From contig CAWHCF010000045.1 of NCBI GenBank assembly GCA_963827655.1, forward strand, positions 56,830 to 120,829: a DNA stretch of 64,000 nt. Direction: 5' to 3'. Source of the DNA: an uncultured Acidobacteriota bacterium (GTDB lineage Bacteria > Acidobacteriota > UBA6911). The translations under genes and the position numbers were made by a program. Below the pieces are notes generated by a model. That model searched no databases. It had not been told where the DNA came from and saw only the letters and a list, made by a program, of their open reading frames with translations. Shown one piece after another: positions 1 to 10,896 of the stretch; position 1 is the stretch's first letter; every line of letters begins with the position of its first letter.

Positions 1-89
1 GCATTCGCATATCCTTTGTGATGTATCAGCTCTTGTAGCATTTCAAGCATGATCGTTATTTTACCTGAGGTTGGGTTCAAAATAACCTG

Positions 90-406
90 ACCGACCGGCT
101 GAACTTCACGATCCGACAGGGCTCCGCCTGTCTTTTTCGGCGGATGATCTACCACCGGGATGGAAGGAGCGTCTCGAAGATCACCAGGAGTTGCTTCGCT
201 GCTACCCACTACGACTTCGTGAGCCTCACAGGGCGTTGAAATTCGGTAGCGAGATGAGGACACCAGCGATGCAAGCGGGGCTGACCACCCGACGGCTCAC
301 GTTAAGGGAGATCTTCCCGTCAGCGATGGTTCTTTCGATAGCGGAGAAAGTTATGTTCGGACCATCGACCGTTTGGTCATTGTCGACGAGACGCGATGCC
401 TGTTGA
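90..406 (+). mobile_element. C-terminal remnant of IS1-like transposase (pseudogene)
   Basis: Fragments NFTIRQGSA...PHRALKFGSEMRTPAMQAGLTTRRLTLREIF. The TPAMxAGLT tail is typical of IS1-like transposases. A second copy lies at 28185-28430. Confidence 0.6.
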
Positions 407-639
407 AACACGGCGCGTTGATGCTCGGATTTACTGCCCTCAGTGAACGAGAAATACTCGCGGCTGTGCGCTGCCTGAGAATGGCGCTTTGCCGAGGTTC
501 ATGGCGAGGGTGGCGACCGTGAGCATCGTGAAGAACGGGCGATTGCCAGTTCAGCGCCGTCCGGTAAAAGCAACTCACGGACACGTAGACGCCGGCATTT
601 CTCGCGCAGGGCTTCAGCGGTCTTGCCGAAACTCATGAC

Positions 640-3600
640 TCAGAACTCCAGCCGCAAACCGAGGTTGATCTCGCGTGTCGCCGGCTCGCCGTTCAGCACG
701 CGCGCCATGGAGCTGATTGTCCCCACGGTACCGGGCGCGCTGATGTTAACCGCTGGCACGGCAAAGTTGGGGTGATTGAGAGCATTCACCATGATCAGGC
801 GAAACTGCAGTCGCGTATTCTCCCTCAGGGTGAAATACTTCCCCAGAGCGAAGTCCAGGTTGGAAATGCCAGGACCTTCAAGGATATTGAGCCCCGAGTT
901 GCCGAATCGGCCCACGTTGGTTCGGGCGCTTTCCGGGCAGATTGGATTGCTGTCCGGGCACCCTGGAATCTTGAAGGCCGAGGCGTCGAACCAGCGACCG
1001 AGGGAGCGGTCGGCGGTGGGAAGGTTTCCATCGCCGATACGATCCGGCCGCCCTCCTATCGTGTTGGTGTTGGAAGGATCCCGGCCTGTAAACGTGGGAT
1101 TAAAATATTGCCCGGATTGCAGGTTGACATTCCAGCTCGTTTGCCAGCCTCCCAGAAGCCCTTCGACCCAGCCGCTGGCGCCACTCAGGAAGCGCTGACC
1201 TCGTCCGAAGGGGAGGGCGTAAATAGCGTAGCCAAACGCGCGATGCTTCAGAACCAGTGCGTTATCGGCTTTCTCCGCCTGGCGGTCGTATTGGTCTTGA
1301 ATCACCTGGCCGCCAAAGGAGGTGCCGCCTCCACCGGAGTCCTGAGAGTCGGTCAAGTCGCGCGCCCAGGTCCACCCGGCGCCGAATGAAAAATTCTTGC
1401 CGTACCTTTTCGTCGCCGAAACCTCGAGGCCATTGTAGAACTCGTTGCCGCCATTTTCCGTCCAGATGACCTGGTTGTACTGCGGGTAGGTCCTGCGGAT
1501 GGCCGAGAACGGGATCGTGCTCGGCGGCGGCAGATTCAGATTACGCCGATAGGGCAAGTTCACGGTCCGGGTCCCCATATAGGAAACCCGCAAAGCCGTC
1601 TCTTTCACCTCCTGCTCGATCGTCAGATTCCACTGCTGCGTGTACGGGTTCTTCAGGTTCGGGTCCTTGCCCTGGACATTCTGCGTGCCGACTGCGCCAA
1701 TGGCGGAGGTCAGGAACGGTTCGGGAAAGCTGAACAGAGGCACGCCGTTTTGATCGAATTGACGAAGGTGGCGCTGCCCGCAAAAGGCCCCCCTCCCATG
1801 TCCCGTGCCAACGGCCGGTAAATGAGGTTGCCGAAGATTCCATAGGCGCCGCGGATCACCATGTTCCCGCCGGCGAACGGTTTATAGGCGAAACCAAACC
1901 GTGGTTGAATGGAGTCTTTGGGAAAATCGACCAGAGCGTCCTGCGGATAGCCGGCCTGCGAAGCGGTCTGGATGGGAATGTTGGTCGGGAAGTATGGATT
2001 GATCCGGTCGACGGCATTGTCAGGAATGACCAGGGCGCCGGTTTGCGGATTGAAGCTGTAGATCGCTCCGAACTGGTGGTAGAACGGCCCGGCCAGTTGC
2101 CACCGCAACCCGTAATTCAGCGTGAGCTTGCGATTGACTTTGAACTGGTCCTGGGCATAAAAGGCCCAGGTGGTAGCTCGCAGGTAGCGTGGAGGAGTAT
2201 CTACGGCCAACTCGGTGCTTTGCGGGATTCCGAGCAGAAAATCCGCGTAGCCAAAGTTTGTGTAGATCCCCGTAAAGTTATACCTGCCGTAGATCAAGGG
2301 GCTGATGGACGTCTCGTTCAATCGGTCCCGGATCACGTCGATCCCGAACTTCAGAGAATGCGCCCCGCGGGTCCAACTGAGGTTGTCGATCAATTGTATC
2401 GAGGTGCTGGGGTTATTGAAGGCGACGTCCGTCAGGAAAGGATCCACCGGGTCGACCCTGAAGATTGGTTCGACCGGGGCGCCGGTCGCGGTGATCCCCT
2501 TGATGCCCCATTGCTGTATCAGGTCGCTACCGATGGTGTCGTAGTGGTAGCTGTTGCGATGGTAGGTCACGCCGGTGCGAAACTCATTCAGCAGCGCCGG
2601 GGAGAAGGTGTGCGACCACGAAATGACACCGCTATGGCCATAACGGCGCTGCGGGTAGTGACCAATGGCGGGGGGGTAATCGACGCCGTCCAGAGGCATG
2701 CGCCGCCAACTCATACGGCCGAAGATCAGATCGCGCGAGCTGAGATTATAGTCGATGCGGCCATCGACCATGTTGAAACGCGTGAAGCCGGTGGTGCCTA
2801 CGAACAATTGACGGTAGTTTCCGGCTTGCAGGGTGGGAGCGCCGAAGTTGGGCAGCGGAAAGACCTCCTGGACATTCTTCGAGACAGGGCTGATCCGACT
2901 GTCCGGAATCCGATTACCGGGAAAGGGAGTGGGCCTGCCGGTGGCGTCGAGATTGGTGGGATCGACAATCGTGGTTGCGAGGCCGCCGAAGTCCCCACTC
3001 CGCCACGGTACCAGCGGCACAGCGGCAGTCATCAGGCGACGGGCTGCCTCTCGCGAACCTTCGTAGTCGCCGAAAAAGAAAAGTTTGTTCTTCTTGATCG
3101 GTCCACTGAGGCTGCCTCCGAAGTTATTGTAAACGCGCAGTGGCCTCTCGGTGCTGAAGAAGTTGCGCGAGTTCAGCACGTGGCTATTGTAGTTGTAGAA
3201 CATGGTGCCGTGAAAATCGTTCGTGCCCGATTTCGTAACCACGGTGTAATTCGCCGCCACGGCAAACTCTGCTGTCGGATTGGCGGTCAGGACGTTGACC
3301 TCCTGTATCGCTTCAAAGCTTGGCTGGACTGGACTCGCGCCTCCGGAGTAAGCCGTCACTGCAATGCCATCCATCGTGGGCAGAGTTCCAGACTGTGTCC
3401 GCACGCCGTTGATCACCGGAATGCTCGTCGATCGTAACCGAGCTGGTTCCCGTGCTGAGAAACGTGTAGGTGTAGAAGCCTTTATCAGCCGCGTGCCGGC
3501 TCATTTCCAACGGCAACTGCTGCAAGACCTGGTTCGACTTGACGTCGCTCAGGGAGCTGGTCTCCGTGCTGATGGCAGGCGTGGCCGCCTGGACCTCCGT

Positions 3601-3942
3601 TACGGTGGCGGTGGTCTCCAGCTTCAGGCTGGCGTCTATATTCAGCACCTGGTTGGAGCTCAGCACGAGCCCGCTCCTCTCGTACGTAGCGAATCCCGTG
3701 GCGGTGACCGTGACCCGGTATGTTCCGACATCGAGGTTCGGCACATTGAACACGCCGCCAGAGCTGGTGACTACTTTGCGGTCGAGCCCGGTGCCCTCGT
3801 TGGTCACGGAGACGGTGACTCCCGGAACGACGGCTCCGCTAGGGTCCGTCACTACTCCAGTAATCGAGCCGAAAGTGGTTTGTCCGGCGGCTTGGGAAAC
3901 AAAGAACAGAAACATCGTGATCAACAGAGTGAGCTGCCTCAT
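640..3942 (-). CDS. TonB-dependent receptor-like (Oar-type) outer membrane protein with N-terminal carboxypeptidase-regulatory domain; two frameshifts (~3430, ~1750)
   Basis: Three consecutive ORFs (3313-3993, 1710-3416, 640-1743). Signal peptide MRQLTLLIT, GSITGVVTDPSGAVVPG, VTKSGTNDFHG, LNYGLRW, and C-terminal REINLGLRLEF. Confidence 0.9.
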
Positions 3943-4183
3943 TGAAGGCCTCCTCTCAGGTGGGATTCGGTTCTCATGTTCCAGTTTCTGCAAGTATACA
4001 TCCGGTTGTCTTTTCGCTCCAGCCCCGAGAAAAAGTTGTCCGCCGCAAATTTGGGCGGCAAGATCATCAAGACGGATCTGCCAACCGCGTGGCCGGCGTA
4101 AATTCGCGCCGGATCGGGTTTCACTGGCGCAATCGTCCCATCTCTTCTAAGATCGCCCGGGGTTTTTGACTGGAGGACGGAGG

Positions 4184-4750
4184 ATGATTGAAATCCGGCG
4201 CATCGGTTTCTTGGCCGACACCCACTCTCGCAAAGCGGATGGCAGCGATCTCCCTCAGCAGGCGCTGGACGCTTTTGCCGGTGTTGACTTGATAGTCCAC
4301 TTGGGCGATATCGGACAGAAGGGTATCCTGGGCCGCCTCGGGAGCGTCGCTCCTGTGATGGTCCCGGCCGGGGCAAACCAGGGTTACATTCCGGTCGGTG
4401 GCGGGGGACCGGTCAAGGTGATCGAAGCAGGCGGGCTGAGTGTAGGGCTCACGTTCAACGTCACGCTGCCTCGCAAGGACATAGTTGTGGAGAAGGATGG
4501 CAGCCTGACGTTTCCCGAGACGCCGCTGGCGGACATCCTGCGCTCGAAATTCGCGCGGATGGTGGACGCCGTCGCTTACGGCGGCACGCATCGACAGACG
4601 CAGCTGGAGTACCAGGGCGTACTGTTCTTCAACCCTGGCAGCCCGACGCTGCCGTCCGACCGTCGCAGCGACAGCGACCTTGGCGGCGTCGCTGTGCTGA
4701 ACCTGACGGGCGGGAAGCCGCGCGTGGAACTGGTGCGGCTCAGCAAATAG
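4184..4750 (+). CDS. YfcE-like metallophosphoesterase
   Basis: ADTH, HLGD, GGTH and FFNPGSP motifs; GGAGG RBS. Confidence 0.85.
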   Translation: MIEIRRIGFLADTHSRKADGSDLPQQALDAFAGVDLIVHLGDIGQKGILGRLGSVAPVMVPAGANQGYIPVGGGGPVKVIEAGGLSVGLTFNVTLPRKDIVVEKDGSLTFPETPLADILRSKFARMVDAVAYGGTHRQTQLEYQGVLFFNPGSPTLPSDRRSDSDLGGVAVLNLTGGKPRVELVRLSK

Positions 4751-4782
4751 TCGAACGGCATCGGGGCGACATCGCCTGGTGT

Positions 4783-6069
4783 TCAGTCTTGGTGGTATTC
4801 GTTTCGCAGTGCGAATCTATAGTGACACCAGGAAAATCGAATCATTAGATGCGGGGGCTTGAATTCGACCACGGCTGAAACGGCTGGCCCTTCCACTCCG
4901 GCCAGGTTTCGGGTCCGCGCCTCGAACCGGTTTTCCCCGGTCTGGAGGGTCCAGCGAGTACGGTCGCCGGTAAAAGGTTCCCACGGGCCCCCGTTGACAC
5001 GGGAGAGATAGGTCTTGAAATTCGGCGTGGCGCTGCGAAGACGCACCTCGAGTTCCGCCGGCGCGATTTGCCGCGCTCGCAGATCCGGCACGCCCGGCGT
5101 CCACTCGATCTCGTGACGATTGCGTGTTGGGATAAAGGCGCTTGCGGCGTAGGCCCAGTGTTTGACGAGCTTGCCGCTGCCGCCCATGCGATACCAGGTC
5201 GTGTTCCGGAACGCGTCATTGTCTAAGATGAGCAGCCGGCTGCCTCCGCTCCAGTGTGGCTCCGTAAACGGATTGGGACGCAGATAATAGGATGCCCACC
5301 AGTAGCTGCGGATGGTGCCTTCCGGAGCGTCGGGTTTCTCCATAGTCGCCTGACGCCGGTCGATTCCCTGCATTTTCACAATCCCTTTTCCACCATCAGC
5401 CCGAACCGCCTCGTGGAGTTCCAGCGCCGAAAGCGGTATTCCATCCCGCTCGAAGTGGATATCGTATTTCGCGTCCAGCAGGACCCACTTCGCGTAGTCA
5501 TTCGACCAGACTTCGTTTACGCCGTGGTGGATACTGCGACCCATGTCCTCATGGTTCCGGTCTACGCCAAGGTCCCGAACGACGTAGCCCATCGAAACCA
5601 TCACGGCGTGCTGCACGGTCAGCGAATGCGAGCAGTGAAACCCGGCTCCGGTCTTTGCCTTCTCGAGGATGGCGAAGGCGTCCCCGCCCTCCTTCTGGTC
5701 GTTGTCGATCGGCCACCGGGTGTGTACCCAGTGCCGTAGCATCAACAACTTTCGGAACTCGTTTGGCTCGCCTGCGATGACTTTCTCAAGGCCATACTCG
5801 TCGCGAAGCCGCTTCAGGCGGGGATTGTGGTAATCCTCGATCGCGGCGAATACTTCCGGGGGGTAGAACCGCGGTCCGCTCACTGTCGCTCGCGCGATCG
5901 CCCCGGACGCTGATTCGATCTGCATCGGCCTTGGGTCCTGGGCCGGAGAATGTTTGGCAGTTTCGAAATATGGAAGTGGGGGCCTGGACGAGACGACCTT
6001 TACCGCGCCTGACATCGCGATGACGCACACCGCCGAAAGGGTTCCGGCAAAGAGCCACAAGCGCTTCAT
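4783..6069 (-). CDS. Secreted transglutaminase-like protein
   Basis: Signal peptide MKRLWLFAG; Cys (GFHCSH), His (HGVNEVW) and Asp (WVLLDA) triad pattern. Confidence 0.75.
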   Translation of the reverse strand: MKRLWLFAGTLSAVCVIAMSGAVKVVSSRPPLPYFETAKHSPAQDPRPMQIESASGAIARATVSGPRFYPPEVFAAIEDYHNPRLKRLRDEYGLEKVIAGEPNEFRKLLMLRHWVHTRWPIDNDQKEGGDAFAILEKAKTGAGFHCSHSLTVQHAVMVSMGYVVRDLGVDRNHEDMGRSIHHGVNEVWSNDYAKWVLLDAKYDIHFERDGIPLSALELHEAVRADGGKGIVKMQGIDRRQATMEKPDAPEGTIRSYWWASYYLRPNPFTEPHWSGGSRLLILDNDAFRNTTWYRMGGSGKLVKHWAYAASAFIPTRNRHEIEWTPGVPDLRARQIAPAELEVRLRSATPNFKTYLSRVNGGPWEPFTGDRTRWTLQTGENRFEARTRNLAGVEGPAVSAVVEFKPPHLMIRFSWCHYRFALRNEYHQD

Positions 6070-6882
6070 GTGTTTTGCACCTCTATCAAGAATGGGTAGG
6101 ACCGTGTGTTCTGGGTCAGACCAGCTCCGAGCAACTTCATATCGCACGGGTTTGTGCCACAAGCGACATTCGCACAGTAGTCCGGTAGCCTCGCGACGCC
6201 CGGGAATGATTTCGGTGTGGTCTGTGACGACAACGGTTATCCCTGCCTCCTGGTGAATAGATGAATGCATATTGTAACAGAGTTGACTGAGCGCGTCCGC
6301 TTTGAACACCCGCGCTATGACCATTCCAAGTTGGGTTAAAATACCACGTGACGAAGGAGACTGGCCAGCGCGTCAACGTCGCTACCAACTGCTTGCGCGA
6401 CTCAAAGAAGGCCGCGCGCCGAGGGCGAGATCCCAACGGCACACCCAGACACATCCGGGACACAAGGAGACTCGTGACACGCCGATTCCACGCCCCCGCA
6501 AAAGTATTTCGTGTATGATCGCACGGACGGTGCGGAGCCGGCGGAAACCGTTGATGGAGCAGCGGTGACCGGATTGGAATCGGCGATCTCCGCAAGACGC
6601 TTTGCGGCGTCGGGTTCAACCATAGCAACTCTTAGGGTTCGCGCAGAAATAAGTTCGTGGCCTGCGGGCCGCAGCCCGAAGGGGCGCGATCCTCAGCGTG
6701 CTTAGCGAACAGAAACCGGTTCAGGATTGACACCGACTCTCGCGCCAGAATGTGAAGTTATTTTTGCGCGAGCCCTTACCCTTGCAGGCTCCCAACGCGA
6801 GCACTCAGACTAACAAATCCACGATGTCGTGATTTCGAGATCCTGGTATTCATCAAAGCGGCGGAGAAGAGAGCGCGGCCCC

Positions 6883-8202
6883 ATGGCTATGTGCATGTTG
6901 GCGGTTGCTGCCCTCGCGATGGTCGCGGGTTCGGTCGTGGCCGAGGACTGGCCACGGTGGCGCGGCCCGCGTGGGGATGGAACCTGGAACGCCCCCAAAC
7001 TCCCCGAGAAGTGGCCGGTTAACGGACTGAAGGTTGCCTGGAAGCAGCCCGTCGGGGGTGGCTACGCCGGCATCATCGCGGCGCAGGGCCGCGTCTTCAC
7101 GCTCGACCTCGAAGCGGCGATTCCACCACGGCCAAAGGGTGCGATCGAGGACGGCAATCCCGATGGCACCGAGCGCGTGTTGTGCTTCGACGCGAAGACC
7201 GGCGAAGAACTCTGGAAGCACACTTACGCCGTGAAGTATCGAGATCTCGGCGGGTACGGGAACGGCCCACGCACAAGTCCCACCCTTCACGACGGCAGGG
7301 TCTACACGCTCGGTGCAGTCGGCCACCTTTTCTGCTTCGACGCGAAGACCGGCAAGATCATCTGGCAGCACGACACCGTCGCCGATTTCAAGGCCCAGGT
7401 GCCCGAGTGGGGCTTTGCCGGCTCACCGATCATCGAGGGCGAGAACGTCATCGTTCACATCGGCGCGAAGGACGGCGGGTGTGTAATCGCATTCGACCGC
7501 CTCACGGGCAAGGAACGGTGGCGTTCGCTGGACGACCCCGCAGGCTACTGCACGCCCGCGGTGTTCGACACGCCGGCGGGGCGTGTGATGGTATTGTGGA
7601 CTCCGAAACACATCCACGCTCTCGACCCAGCCAACGGCAAACCGCTCTGGAAGGTGCCCTACGAGGTGACGTACGGCGTCTCGATCGCGAGTCCGATTTA
7701 CCGCGACGGGATCGTCTTCGTCACGGGCTACTGGGAAGGCTCGAAGGCGATCAAACTTGGCGCGAAGCCGACCGACCACGAACTCATCTGGACGGATAAC
7801 AAGAACCTCCGCGGGCTCATGGCCCAGCCGCTCTACCGCGATGGCCACGCCTACTCGATCGACAAGAATCTTGGCCTGACGTGCTTCGAGCTGAAAACTG
7901 GCAGGAAGCTCTGGGACGACGACAACCAACTCACGCCGAAGGCCCGCAACCCGCACGCCAGCATCGTCTGGCTGAACGACGGTGACCGGGCGCTGTCGTT
8001 GAACAGCACAGGCGAACTTGTGCTGTGCCGGCTAAACCCCAGTGGGTATGACGAGCAATCCAGGACGAAGGTGTTATCGGGCCAGGTGTGGGGACATCCG
8101 GCGTTCGCCGGGCGGTTCATGTTCGCGAAGACGGACGGTGCGGAGGCATGGCGAAGGGCTGGTCAGAGCGAGTTGGTCTGCGTGGAGTTGGTAGAGAAGT
8201 AA
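6883..8202 (+). CDS. PQQ-binding-like beta-propeller repeat protein (Planctomycete type)
   Basis: EDWPRWRGPRGDG, GPRTSPT, repeated CFDAKTG.W motifs, WGHPAFA. Confidence 0.9.
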   Translation: MAMCMLAVAALAMVAGSVVAEDWPRWRGPRGDGTWNAPKLPEKWPVNGLKVAWKQPVGGGYAGIIAAQGRVFTLDLEAAIPPRPKGAIEDGNPDGTERVLCFDAKTGEELWKHTYAVKYRDLGGYGNGPRTSPTLHDGRVYTLGAVGHLFCFDAKTGKIIWQHDTVADFKAQVPEWGFAGSPIIEGENVIVHIGAKDGGCVIAFDRLTGKERWRSLDDPAGYCTPAVFDTPAGRVMVLWTPKHIHALDPANGKPLWKVPYEVTYGVSIASPIYRDGIVFVTGYWEGSKAIKLGAKPTDHELIWTDNKNLRGLMAQPLYRDGHAYSIDKNLGLTCFELKTGRKLWDDDNQLTPKARNPHASIVWLNDGDRALSLNSTGELVLCRLNPSGYDEQSRTKVLSGQVWGHPAFAGRFMFAKTDGAEAWRRAGQSELVCVELVEK

Positions 8203-8482
8203 ACACAACTCGGTCTACACATTGGGGGATTGACACTGCGGGAGGCTTTGGCAGAAGGGACCATTTTCAATCTGATCCATCGCCGTCCTGGTGATTTTGT
8301 CCTGGGGAGCCGGACCTTGCTTTACGCCTACCTGATTGGATTGGTGACGATCAGGCGCGATGGCTCCTTTGCCACACCGGTCATGCTGATGACAGAACTC
8401 TTTTCAACCAGAGAAGCCTGCCATGCTTTCGAATCGAAACCATCCATCCGGCAACGGAGCAGCTCCCGGAGGTTACATCATC

Positions 8483-9832
8483 ATGCAACGTCGTGAATTC
8501 CTCGGAATCACCACCGCGGCGGGCACAACCGCCGTTTTCGCCAACCGACTGCCCGCTGCCAATGAACCGGCGCAGACGCCAACACCGCCCGGCCCTGTGC
8601 CGCGTTACGAAGAGTGGCTCGCGGCCCGCCACGAGCGAGTGATCCCACCGGCGCACGTGGATGCCTTCCTGCGGCCACCGCCCCACAATCAGTGGGCGAA
8701 GTTCGACCCCGAACTAGGCTACGTTCCGAGCGACAGCATCCAGCGCGACGGCATCGACGGTTCCTGTACCGTTTATCGGTACGGGCCGGCGGGCGAACGC
8801 AAACTCATCCACTACGCCGACCGCAAATGTCGCTTGAATACCTACGGCGACAGCTTCACCCAGTGTCATCAGGTCAGCGATGGTGAGTCGTGGCAGGAGT
8901 ATCTGGCGGCACACCTCGGCGAGCCGATCCGGAACTTCGGCGTCGGCGGCTACGGCGTGTTTCAGGCCTTTGCGCGACTGCGGCGGATGGAGCAGACCGC
9001 GGTGAAGGCTCCGTATTTGATCTTCAACATTTATGACGACGATCACCGGCGCACGCTGATGCCGTGGCGTGGCTTCATCACGAATTACCAGCGCAGCTCA
9101 GAAATGTATCATGCCAACCCCTGGACCCACCTGCGCGTGAATCTCGACTCCGGACAGTGGGAGGAAATGCCGAACCCGTGCCCGTCACCCTCGGCGCTGC
9201 GCACTATGCTTTCCTTCGAGCGAGCGCGCGCGGTTGTGGCCGACCACGAATTCATCCAATTGCATGCAATGTTCGAGGGAGTTCCCGACGTGCCGCAGGA
9301 TCGGATTCGCCGGCTCGCCGATTGGGCGAAGGTCAAGTTCGACTTCACCGACGTCTCCAGCCGTCGTGCCTCGGCGGAAAAGCTTATCGACGTCGTGTCG
9401 CGAGCGAGCACGCTCCACGTGATGGAGAAACTGCACGCATTCGCCACACAACACGGACGCCGCCTGATGGTCGTTTTCAGCTACGGCACGCGCGCTATGC
9501 TTCGCGCGTGCGAAGGCGGGCCGAAGCTCGCGACCGACCTCGCCCTGCTGCAGTGGTTCAAGGAGCGCGGCATCCCGACTGTCGATGCGTTCGACGCGCA
9601 CGTGGCTGACTTCACGCAATTCCGGATCCCCGCCGGCGACTACATCAAGCGCCTCTATATCGGGCACTATTCGCCCGCCGGAAACCAGTTCTTCGCTTTT
9701 GCGCTCAAGAAGGCGGTGGTCGATTGGCTTGAACCGAAGCCGATCGCCTATCAGCCGTCCGGCACGATTATCGATTTCCAGGACGGACGCTATCTGGACA
9801 AGCCACCCGGTGGTGTGACGCCGAAGCCGTGA
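8483..9832 (+). CDS. Tat-exported SGNH/GDSL-like hydrolase
   Basis: Tat motif QRREFLG; GDSFT, NFGVGGYG and GHYSPAGN blocks. Confidence 0.7.
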   Translation: MQRREFLGITTAAGTTAVFANRLPAANEPAQTPTPPGPVPRYEEWLAARHERVIPPAHVDAFLRPPPHNQWAKFDPELGYVPSDSIQRDGIDGSCTVYRYGPAGERKLIHYADRKCRLNTYGDSFTQCHQVSDGESWQEYLAAHLGEPIRNFGVGGYGVFQAFARLRRMEQTAVKAPYLIFNIYDDDHRRTLMPWRGFITNYQRSSEMYHANPWTHLRVNLDSGQWEEMPNPCPSPSALRTMLSFERARAVVADHEFIQLHAMFEGVPDVPQDRIRRLADWAKVKFDFTDVSSRRASAEKLIDVVSRASTLHVMEKLHAFATQHGRRLMVVFSYGTRAMLRACEGGPKLATDLALLQWFKERGIPTVDAFDAHVADFTQFRIPAGDYIKRLYIGHYSPAGNQFFAFALKKAVVDWLEPKPIAYQPSGTIIDFQDGRYLDKPPGGVTPKP

Positions 9833-9869
9833 TCAGGCTTGCCAGGTGCGGTTCGATCGCCGCACGAGC

Positions 9870-10075
9870 GGCGGCGAATGCATTACGCCATTCGCAGGGT
9901 CGATAGCCTGCGCCGGCCGTTCAGGTACCAGTATCTCAGGTCGGGAACCAGGCGAGCGCTGCTGCGCCGTTTTCCCTAGGCCGTCTACTTCGCCGTTGAG
10001 GGCGATGCGGTCGTCGTCGCAGTACTGCACGCAGCGCACGATGCCGCAGAATGGCAATTGTGGCGGGCGATGCAC
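9870..10075 (+). pseudogene. RelE/ParE toxin remnant
   Basis: Reads TRRALLRRFP*AVYFAVEGDAVVVAVLHAAHD with an internal stop. Confidence 0.6.
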
Positions 10076-10147
10076 CAGTGCCGCGACGGCGAAACTCTTA
10101 CGGAAGCACCGAGTTTTTCTGGAAGGTATGTAGAATGAAACTTTCAA

Positions 10148-10867
10148 GTGCGGCGAATGATAATGACAGCGTTTGATGTACATGTCATCCGGTTTCTGAA
10201 TTCCTATGCCAATCGATGGCAGCCATTTGATTCAGTCATTCTTTTGCTGCGTAATACAAATCTTATCAAGGGTGGTGTTATCGCCGCATTAATCTGGTGG
10301 GCGTGGTTTCGTACCAAAGGTGATCAAAAAAGAACTCGGGCCGTTATTCTGTCAACATTGGTTGCGGCGTTTGGCGCGATGTTTACTGCCCGCGGGCTTG
10401 CCTTAATACTGCCGTTTCGTTACAGGCCTATTCACAACGCGGAAATAGGATTCCAGCTTCCCTATGGAATGATGCGTGAAGCCCTTGATGGGTGGAGTTC
10501 GTTTCCCAGTGACCACGCCGCCTTATTTGTTTGCCTTGCTGTGGGCTTGTGGTTTGTCTCGCGACGTCTTGGCATCGTTGCGCTTTTGCATACTTTTGTT
10601 GTGATTTCATTTCCCCGCCTCTACCTGGGACTTCATTATCCGACTGATATTCTGGCTGGAGCAGTTATCGGTGTAGCGTGGTTTGGCATAGCCAACATGG
10701 CATTCATCGAAAATCTTGTTCTTCCTGCCGCAATGTTGTGGCTGGAGAAGCATCCCATGTCGTTTTATGCGGTGTTCTTTTTGCTCACTGAACAAATTGC
10801 GACTGTTTTTGAAGATGCACGAACTGTAGCCAGAATGATACTCGCTGTTTTAGCAAGACGGTTCTGA
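10148..10867 (+). CDS. PAP2-family membrane phosphatase
   Basis: RP, SFPSDH and RLYLGLHYPTDI motifs; visibly lower GC than neighbours. Confidence 0.9.
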   Translation: MRRMIMTAFDVHVIRFLNSYANRWQPFDSVILLLRNTNLIKGGVIAALIWWAWFRTKGDQKRTRAVILSTLVAAFGAMFTARGLALILPFRYRPIHNAEIGFQLPYGMMREALDGWSSFPSDHAALFVCLAVGLWFVSRRLGIVALLHTFVVISFPRLYLGLHYPTDILAGAVIGVAWFGIANMAFIENLVLPAAMLWLEKHPMSFYAVFFLLTEQIATVFEDARTVARMILAVLARRF

Positions 10868-10896
10868 TCGCTTTCCTTTTTCCGCTCCGACGCCGA